This document shows, in pieces, positions 57,275 through 64,000 of a stretch of 64,000 bases of DNA. The notes beneath the pieces are model-generated. The model was not told the origin of the DNA and did no database searches. It saw only the letters and a list, made by a program, of their open reading frames with translations. The DNA lies in assembly GCA_016187385.1 (NCBI GenBank), contig JACPJU010000001.1, positions 8,348 through 72,347 of the forward strand, read 5' to 3'. The position numbers and the translations under genes are program-made. The DNA is from Candidatus Aenigmatarchaeota archaeon (GTDB lineage Archaea > Aenigmatarchaeota > Aenigmatarchaeia > CG10238-14 > SCSR01). Numbering within the stretch: the stretch's first letter is position 1; each line of letters begins with the position of its first letter.

Positions 57275-59098
57275 ATGCCTTATGAAATTGCGATGTCAAG
57301 CGGTCTTGGAAGTATAGGCAGAGACCCCAATCTGATGGGTATTGGAAAAAAGATACCTTCAATTCTTACATATGGTTTGAATGTCGTGCAGGTCGACTTG
57401 GAGACTTTTACAACCGCCGAACTGTTCGAGCCGGAAGTAGAAAATCTGGTGAAGAGATTTGTTGACGATCTGAAAATCAAATGGGTGATGCACGGCGAGA
57501 TCGGACAGTCTGTCGCTTTCGAAACTGCCCTTCAGCAAGTGTGGAGACAGGCGCACAGGAAACTGCACCAGTACATGGATTCCCTTTATGACAAGTTCGT
57601 CAAGCCGAAGGACATGAAGAAATATCTGCCTGGCTACATTGACTTTCATATTTCAAACATGATGTCCATTGGATATTTTGCGGAGAGATTTCGAGTGGCG
57701 GGAGTTCCTATGCTTGACTTTAACGGAAATAATTCTTGGACAGAACTCTTGGATAAGAATCAAAAATTGAAAGATTGGTTCAAGAAAGAAATACTGCTTT
57801 TGGTTTATGGTAGAGAAGTTCCTATAGCTGTCACGAGTACTGAAGATGTGAAAGAAAGAATTCGTTTTAACATGATGAGAGAAATTTTTCAGAGATACGC
57901 TGATGAACACAGAGAAGAAATTAATAGGATTGCTCAAGAGTTATCGGCTCGGGGTATTCAACCAACAGAAAACGCTTTAATGCAAGAATTTTTCAACCGC
58001 CATCATGAACTGAGACCAAGCGAAGAACAAGTACTCGACAGCATATACAGAGAATGGGAAGAAGCAACTGCAATAAGGTATGTAAGAGGTGCGATCACAG
58101 ACGAAGAACTTGCATATGTTGTAATCGCAAAATATCTTGAGTTTAGTAAGAACGATCCAAAAGAGCCACTTTGGAAATTGTTTTTCGGTGATAAGGCTAT
58201 GGGAGATTTAGAAGCACAATGGAAAACAAAAAAGCTTGTAAATAAAAACGGTGAGATCTATCTTGATCCAGAAATAGTAGCGATAGTCGCGATTAGATAC
58301 ATATTCGGGCATTTTGGGGCTATCCCATTACCGGAGTACATGTCTGAAATGCAGAAAAAATTTCCCGAAAGATCAAAAGACCCGTTCTATGGAAAAACTG
58401 CAATTGACAAGTTAAAAATAATCGGCGTACAACTAGCGTTTGAAAATCCGGAAATAGGAGAAGGCCAGATAGAAGGTTTGCAGAGAATCATCCGTGCAGA
58501 ACACATGTATTACTTTGCCAAGGCAGCCGAGCAGGTCTTCAAAACAGACCGCATGAAACTTTTGATAGATTTCAATCACTGGCTGCACAATACAGTAGAC
58601 CCAGGTAAAGAATTCGACATCATGAAAAGGATCGGACCAGACTTTGGAAAATATGTAAAGGCGGCTCACGTATACGAACCGTTGCCGATACACCAGCACG
58701 GTCCATTTGACTTGCCATCGGACCAGCAGTTGAAAGTGTACAAATGGTTATACCAATTGAGACAACTCGGATTCAAGGAAGGTTATCTTGTTTTTGAGCG
58801 CGGTGGTGGACAGACACCTCTGGAGGTTTCTAGAAGCACCGTACTAGCATTTCGTGAAATTGCAAAAAATCTGGACAAAGATGTTGACCCGAAAAAGCTG
58901 CCGTTGGAATTCTTTGGTGTGTCGCCAGAAGGCATACTATCACCAGAGAGACAGATAGTTATTATCCGTGATCATGCGAGGGATCCGTTGAAGGGATTGA
59001 TTATCGCGCCTGAAGAAGAACATACCGCATTGGGTAAGGAAGCTCTAGCAAAGCCAGGAATGACGCCCGAGAAATGGAAGAAGGAAGAACTACGATAA
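57275..59098 (+). CDS. Xylose isomerase/AP endonuclease 2-like TIM-barrel protein with large insertion
   Basis: VMHGE, IDFHIS, LAFENPE, LIDFNH, AHVYE, QHGP, LVFERG. Confidence 0.72.
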   Translation: MPYEIAMSSGLGSIGRDPNLMGIGKKIPSILTYGLNVVQVDLETFTTAELFEPEVENLVKRFVDDLKIKWVMHGEIGQSVAFETALQQVWRQAHRKLHQYMDSLYDKFVKPKDMKKYLPGYIDFHISNMMSIGYFAERFRVAGVPMLDFNGNNSWTELLDKNQKLKDWFKKEILLLVYGREVPIAVTSTEDVKERIRFNMMREIFQRYADEHREEINRIAQELSARGIQPTENALMQEFFNRHHELRPSEEQVLDSIYREWEEATAIRYVRGAITDEELAYVVIAKYLEFSKNDPKEPLWKLFFGDKAMGDLEAQWKTKKLVNKNGEIYLDPEIVAIVAIRYIFGHFGAIPLPEYMSEMQKKFPERSKDPFYGKTAIDKLKIIGVQLAFENPEIGEGQIEGLQRIIRAEHMYYFAKAAEQVFKTDRMKLLIDFNHWLHNTVDPGKEFDIMKRIGPDFGKYVKAAHVYEPLPIHQHGPFDLPSDQQLKVYKWLYQLRQLGFKEGYLVFERGGGQTPLEVSRSTVLAFREIAKNLDKDVDPKKLPLEFFGVSPEGILSPERQIVIIRDHARDPLKGLIIAPEEEHTALGKEALAKPGMTPEKWKKEELR

Positions 59099-59136
59099 GG
59101 CTTGCTTTAAAGAGTTTTCTTCCTTATTTTTAACTT

Positions 59137-59736
59137 ATGATAAGGGCTGTCATATTCGACTATGGTGGGGTATTGGGTTCCTCAGGTAATTTTTACGAAG
59201 ATGTAGGAAAATTTCTTTCAAGAAGTCCGTCTGAGATACAAGAGGCGACAAAAAGACTTGTGCCGTTATTCCAACGTGCGGAGATTGGCGAGTTGGAATT
59301 TTGGCGATATTTATCTGGAGCATTGAACGTGCAGTTACCTTCAGGGTACAGAAGTAAGCTTGAAGAGTGGTATGCTAGAGAATCTTTTGTCAATAAGGAA
59401 ATGCTTGAACTAGCGGATAGATTAAGGGTGAATGGTTACAAAAGAGCTGTGTTATCAAACACACTATACCCCCATCTGACAAATTGGAAAAGCAAGATTC
59501 AGAAACATATCCCGATAATCATAGCCTCGTGCGAGGTAAAAATGAGGAAGCCAGAAGGCAGGATTTTTAGATTGGCTATGAAACGGCTTGAACTAAAGAC
59601 GCAAGAAGGAATTTACATAGACGACGATGAAGAATTTCTGCGGGCTGGAGAAAGAATGGGGCTGATTCCAGTACATTATATAAATCAACAACAAGTGGAA
59701 TCTGAACTTGAAAACTTTGGAGTAAATATCAGATAG
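59137..59736 (+). CDS. HAD-superfamily phosphatase
   Basis: VIFDYGGVL, LSN, KP, YIDD. Confidence 0.9.
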   Translation: MIRAVIFDYGGVLGSSGNFYEDVGKFLSRSPSEIQEATKRLVPLFQRAEIGELEFWRYLSGALNVQLPSGYRSKLEEWYARESFVNKEMLELADRLRVNGYKRAVLSNTLYPHLTNWKSKIQKHIPIIIASCEVKMRKPEGRIFRLAMKRLELKTQEGIYIDDDEEFLRAGERMGLIPVHYINQQQVESELENFGVNIR

Positions 59737-59793
59737 ATTTCATCACTTCTAAGTAACAGTAACCTTTATATATAATCAAATCAAGAGATATTT

Positions 59794-60645
59794 ATGCCTT
59801 TCGAAAATCTGGAAGAAGAGCTTGAAGACGTGGAACTTGTCAAGAAGGAACTGAAACCAGTTCAACACACAGACCAGAAGGAAGTTATAGAGAAGGCCAT
59901 CCAGTTTACCAATTCTGCAAGACAACAGTATGGCGAGTTGATAAAGTCTGTACTTATCTTTGGTTCTGCGGCCAAGGGCACGATGGTCAAAGGTTCTGAT
60001 ATCGACTTGTGGGTTATCGTCGACGACACAGCCACAAAAGCTACAGATGACTTGAACAGGATAATCGACCACCTGTACATGGTCGCAACCGAGATCAAGA
60101 ACATCCACATACAGGTTCACACATTGACGGAATTCTGGCAGTCTATAAGAATGGGTTCGCCTGAGTTTTCCAACTTTCTCAGATACGGCCTGACCATTTA
60201 TGACACAGGATTCATCAAGCCTATACAGAGAATGCTTCAGATGGGATTGATTCCTCCAAGCGATGAAACCATAAGCCTGAAGGCTAGAGCCGCGAGCACG
60301 AGATACAAAAAAATAAAGCTGGACATAAAGGCAATGGTCTTTGAATTGAGGTATACGGCCTTGGATATTGTCCAGGCTGTTATCATGTACTATTACAAGG
60401 AAACACCCGACTACAAGAAGGCTCCTGAATTTCTTGAAAAGCTTGTGAAGGAGAAGAAGCTGGAGAAGGTATACATAGATAAGTTTGTGGGACTGGATAA
60501 ATTATGGAAGGATATTGATCACGGCGAGATAAAGGAAGTCGGAACGGAGCAATTGGAAAAGGCTTTGGGACTGGCTAAAGATGTGATTGAAAGGATGAAG
60601 AAATTGCTTCCGAAGGATTTTGTCGGTGAGGAAGCAGTGATGTGA
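59794..60645 (+). CDS. Minimal nucleotidyltransferase (MNT) fused to HEPN-like domain
   Basis: FGSAAKG....GSDIDLWVIVDD; helical C-terminus. Confidence 0.85.
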   Translation: MPFENLEEELEDVELVKKELKPVQHTDQKEVIEKAIQFTNSARQQYGELIKSVLIFGSAAKGTMVKGSDIDLWVIVDDTATKATDDLNRIIDHLYMVATEIKNIHIQVHTLTEFWQSIRMGSPEFSNFLRYGLTIYDTGFIKPIQRMLQMGLIPPSDETISLKARAASTRYKKIKLDIKAMVFELRYTALDIVQAVIMYYYKETPDYKKAPEFLEKLVKEKKLEKVYIDKFVGLDKLWKDIDHGEIKEVGTEQLEKALGLAKDVIERMKKLLPKDFVGEEAVM

Positions 60646-60649
60646 TAAT

Positions 60650-61108
60650 ATGAGAGATTACGAGAGTTATTTTGATAAAGAAAAATCTAATAATAGAAGA
60701 GATATTGAAGAACTTTATAGAATTATTCATATTCCTGAAAATAATAAAGAGAGTTTTAAAAAAATAAAAATTCCAGAATCTATTAAAACAAATGAACCGA
60801 AGAATACGAGAGCTGAAGAATATTTCAGAAACGCACAAAAGTCTTTAGATGAAGACGGTTTAGATGTAAATTCTTATCAGAGGTTTGGATGCTGGGTGAG
60901 AGCTTACGGATTTGGCAGGGGTTTGAGACTTTTCGACGATTCAATAAGAAAGTCTCCAATTGTTCAAAACGATATGTTTGAAGATCCGTCAACTTTAAAA
61001 GATTACGCAGTTGTAATTCGCCCAAGTGGGACGACAGTTAAGTCGAGAAATCAATTTACACAGTTTCTAGCATCTGGATATGCCAAGCCTGTAATTTATA
61101 AAAATTAA
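60650..61108 (+). CDS. Hypothetical protein
   Basis: 152-aa AT-rich ORF. Confidence 0.55.
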   Translation: MRDYESYFDKEKSNNRRDIEELYRIIHIPENNKESFKKIKIPESIKTNEPKNTRAEEYFRNAQKSLDEDGLDVNSYQRFGCWVRAYGFGRGLRLFDDSIRKSPIVQNDMFEDPSTLKDYAVVIRPSGTTVKSRNQFTQFLASGYAKPVIYKN

Positions 61109-61116
61109 GTGATTAA

Positions 61117-62361
61117 ATGCCGAGAAAAAAGAAGGAAGACAAAGAGATTGAGAAGATTGAAAGTCTTGCACCAGTAACAGAACCGAAACTCGAAACAAAA
61201 GAACAGAGAATCGAAGTCGTGAAGAATTACGCCAAAAAAGTTCTTGACAAATACGGAAAATACGTAAAAGCCATTGTAATGATGGGCTCTGTTGTCAGGG
61301 AAGAGTTCAAGCCGAAAAGCGATGTGGATGTTTTCGTTGTTGTAGATGATGCGACATTCCAATTAACAAATGAAATGCTTGACAAGATCGATGCAGACTT
61401 GCTAAAGTTGACAGAAGAAGTTCCTGAAGCCTGGATAACATTAAAGGATCCCAAAGGAAGGGAAGATAAAATATGCTTGTTATCAGTGCAGCCTATCTAC
61501 ACGCTGACAGAGTTCTGGGATTATGCTCGTGTTGCTCATCCTATAATTTATAATTTCATCAAGGAAGGTGTGCCTGTATACGACACAGGATTCTTCGCGC
61601 CAATCAAGAGATTGCTCGAGATGGGAAGGATACCAGCAACAAGAGAAGCCATAGAAAGTTACATGGAAGGTGCGCCAAAGAAACTGAACAGAGCCAAGAC
61701 AGTCAAGCTGTTAATGCTCGCAGAAGATTGCTATTATGCCATGCTCAATTCAGCGCAGGCTGTTCTCATGTTCATGGGATTGGCGCCGCCTGTACCTAGC
61801 AAGTCTTACGACGAGTTTGTGACATATCTTGTAAAGCCCGGCATTATCGAACAGGAATATGCCGATTGGTTGAAAGAAATTATAGAAATCAGGAAGAAGA
61901 TAGAGCACAAGGAATTGATGGATGTTAGTGGTGCTTTCGTGGACGAATGGATTGAAAAGGCAGAGAAATTTGTCGACAAGATGTTTGGGTTGCTCAATGC
62001 CTTGGAAATAAGGAAAAAAGAAAAGATTCTTGATACTACACACAAGGTCATGTACAAGGCTGTTGTCACGGCATTGAAGAGTCTGAAAAAAATGCCTGAA
62101 GATGCGAAAGACGAGGACGTTGTCAAGAATGTGGGAGACATATCCGAAGCTTTCAGAAAAGAATTTATTGATAAAAGACTGGTTGAACCTTATTATTCTG
62201 ATATTTGGAACAGGATAGAGAAAATGAAGAAATTGTCAGATGACAGAAAAGTAATGGAGATTCCTGACAGGGAAGTTTATGAAATGAGGGAATATGTCAG
62301 GAAGCTTATTAGGGATCTGGCTAGAGTATTGAAAGATAAAGAAATAAGCAAGGAAGAATAA
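61117..62361 (+). CDS. MNT nucleotidyltransferase + HEPN domain protein
   Basis: MGSVVR....KSDVDVFVVVDD; CYYAMLNSAQAVL; RKKIEH (Rx4H). Confidence 0.87.
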   Translation: MPRKKKEDKEIEKIESLAPVTEPKLETKEQRIEVVKNYAKKVLDKYGKYVKAIVMMGSVVREEFKPKSDVDVFVVVDDATFQLTNEMLDKIDADLLKLTEEVPEAWITLKDPKGREDKICLLSVQPIYTLTEFWDYARVAHPIIYNFIKEGVPVYDTGFFAPIKRLLEMGRIPATREAIESYMEGAPKKLNRAKTVKLLMLAEDCYYAMLNSAQAVLMFMGLAPPVPSKSYDEFVTYLVKPGIIEQEYADWLKEIIEIRKKIEHKELMDVSGAFVDEWIEKAEKFVDKMFGLLNALEIRKKEKILDTTHKVMYKAVVTALKSLKKMPEDAKDEDVVKNVGDISEAFRKEFIDKRLVEPYYSDIWNRIEKMKKLSDDRKVMEIPDREVYEMREYVRKLIRDLARVLKDKEISKEE

Positions 62362-62372
62362 AGTCATAAAGT

Positions 62373-63164
62373 ATGTCAATCAAATTCGGCTCGATAACAA
62401 ATCCTTGGGTCGATATTATAGAGGAATTGAAACTAATTTCTAAGTTAGAATTCGATTATGCGGAGGTCGGGATAGAACTCCCGGAAGGCTCTCCTGAAAT
62501 CCTGTTGAGAAGGAAGAAAAGGATTCTTAAACTATTGGACTCATTCAAATCGGAACCAATTGCGCATACTGCGTGGTGGGTTGATTTTGGAAGCGGTTAT
62601 GATATAGTAAGGAAAAGCTGGATAGAAGAAGCCAAAAATATGATTGATGTAGCGAAAATATTGAAAGCCAGCAAAATAAATTTCCATTTTTATTCCATAG
62701 GACTGGTGGAAGACTACAAGCCGTACCACAAAGAAATTCTTGAAAATATTGTGAAAAGTCTGAGAGAAGTTGTCAAATATGCCGATTCAAAGAAAATGAT
62801 GGTTATGTTAGAGAATTCCCCTACCAAAAGGTCAAATGTTGGGATAAAAGAATACAAATATGTTTTGGACAATGTTCCTAATTTAAGAGTCCATTTTGAT
62901 ATTGCGCATGCTTTTGTCGAGAATGGCATGAAAGGGATAAAGGACTATATGTTCACGTTCAAAAACAAGATAGAACACATCCATATCCATGATAATCACG
63001 GTGATGCAGACGAGCATCTCTCTCTAGGTCAAGGCAACATAAACTTTGAACAGGTTGCAAAATGGCTGAAGCAAACAGATTACAACAAAACAATAACTTT
63101 TGAAGTCTTCACGAGCAAGGAAGCCGCCAAAGCTTCTATGATGGGATTTAGAAAGTTAATTTAA
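62373..63164 (+). CDS. Sugar phosphate isomerase/epimerase / AP endonuclease 2-like TIM-barrel protein
   Basis: AHT, NFH, LEN, FDIAHA, HIHIHDN..DEH, TFEV. Confidence 0.9.
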   Translation: MSIKFGSITNPWVDIIEELKLISKLEFDYAEVGIELPEGSPEILLRRKKRILKLLDSFKSEPIAHTAWWVDFGSGYDIVRKSWIEEAKNMIDVAKILKASKINFHFYSIGLVEDYKPYHKEILENIVKSLREVVKYADSKKMMVMLENSPTKRSNVGIKEYKYVLDNVPNLRVHFDIAHAFVENGMKGIKDYMFTFKNKIEHIHIHDNHGDADEHLSLGQGNINFEQVAKWLKQTDYNKTITFEVFTSKEAAKASMMGFRKLI

Positions 63165-63188
63165 AGCTAAATGACTAACAGGTAATAA

Positions 63189-63560
63189 ATGACATCTATA
63201 CTTGCAATTCCGAAGGAACTCGAAGAGTTATTTGATGCTTCGATTTATGATATAGAGGAAAAATTCCATACTGCACAGAATTCTAGACATGAGTCAGTTC
63301 TTAGAAAGAGGCACAATGTCCTAAATAAGTTGTATACTGTGCTTATGAGAAATCAAGATTACTTCAGACACTCAGATTTTATTATCGATTCGGCTGGACG
63401 GTTGGGGATAGACCTGTCCTATTTCAGAAGATATGAGTCCTCTGATCAGAAATTATTACTTCTACAAACTGATGCCACAATAGCCGCAGTAGATTATAAA
63501 ATGTTTGTCGATCCAAGAATCGATAAAAACAGAAAAGAAGAAATATTCGCAGATATTTAA
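63189..63560 (+). CDS. Hypothetical protein
   Basis: 123-aa ORF. Confidence 0.5.
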   Translation: MTSILAIPKELEELFDASIYDIEEKFHTAQNSRHESVLRKRHNVLNKLYTVLMRNQDYFRHSDFIIDSAGRLGIDLSYFRRYESSDQKLLLLQTDATIAAVDYKMFVDPRIDKNRKEEIFADI

Positions 63561-63567
63561 AAAATAG

Positions 63568-63864
63568 TTATCTAAATAAATAAAAAAATCCCTTCTGCAA
63601 CAGGAATCCGATAAAAATTATATCAAGAACTATACTGGAAAACCAACCCATTACTGGAAAGAATAGGTAAATTCCAGCTACTGCATCCAGCGCACTTAGA
63701 GGATTCTGTTTCATGAAAGCGAAGGCAACGCCTTTAATCACAAAAAACCCAACCGCAACCAAAGCATACGATTTGGGGAAAGCACCTTCTGTCAGCAGAT
63801 AGACTATAATAACCAATATAGCCGAAAGGTGCAAGATGGCAGTTATCTTGTGTTCTATTCCCAT
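63568..63864 (-). CDS. Hypothetical membrane protein
   Basis: 98 aa, hydrophobic. Confidence 0.6.
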   Translation of the reverse strand: MGIEHKITAILHLSAILVIIVYLLTEGAFPKSYALVAVGFFVIKGVAFAFMKQNPLSALDAVAGIYLFFPVMGWFSSIVLDIIFIGFLLQKGFFYLFR

Positions 63865-63871
63865 ACAGATC

Positions 63872-64000
63872 TTATCTAGAAATCCATTCTTTTTCTTTTA
63901 TACCTTCTTTTTTATTTGTCCATCGAGCTAGAGCAAACAGCAAATCTGACAACCTGTTAATATAAGGAATTACATTCTCGTTTAAATTGTTTTCCTTTGA
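63872..64000 (-). CDS. PduO-type cob(I)alamin adenosyltransferase, 3' end (runs off window)
   Basis: Manual translation ...IPYINRLSDLLFALARWTNKKEG...*. Confidence 0.85.
   Translation of the reverse strand, partial: SKENNLNENVIPYINRLSDLLFALARWTNKKEGIKEKEWISR

Overview
This is a chromosomal segment from a small-genome DPANN archaeon; the fused PriS-PriL primase, archaeal ribosomal proteins, GatDE and Cbf5 support that, and an Aenigmarchaeota-like affinity is only my inference. Most genes are core information-processing genes: primase, GINS, a fragmented S10/spc ribosomal operon, SecY, TyrRS, SerRS, GatD/E, RtcA, e-MtaB, PyrG and an intron-containing tRNA-Ser(UGA). Many short AT-rich ORFans are interleaved among them. 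I found no CRISPR array, rRNA, integrase or transposase. The strongest candidates for undescribed biology are: (1) a family of perfect 16-bp palindromes TGT-NNN-AYRT-N'N'N'-ACA with variable but self-complementary arms, clustered in three intergenic regions around the primase/GINS genes; (2) an operon of wHTH, a degenerate class Ic aminoacyl-tRNA synthetase paralogue, Nif3, a SET methyltransferase and TyrRS; (3) a 9-kb cluster of uncharacterised genes with two MNT-HEPN nucleotidyltransferases and two metal-binding TIM barrels; (4) a pre-tRNA-Ser whose leader and intron look like cis box C/D guides for its own positions 34 and 39; (5) a Tam41-like cytidylyltransferase; and (6) a C39-peptidase islet bounded by a duplicated gatE 3' end. 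All assignments come from motif recognition by eye, with no database searches.
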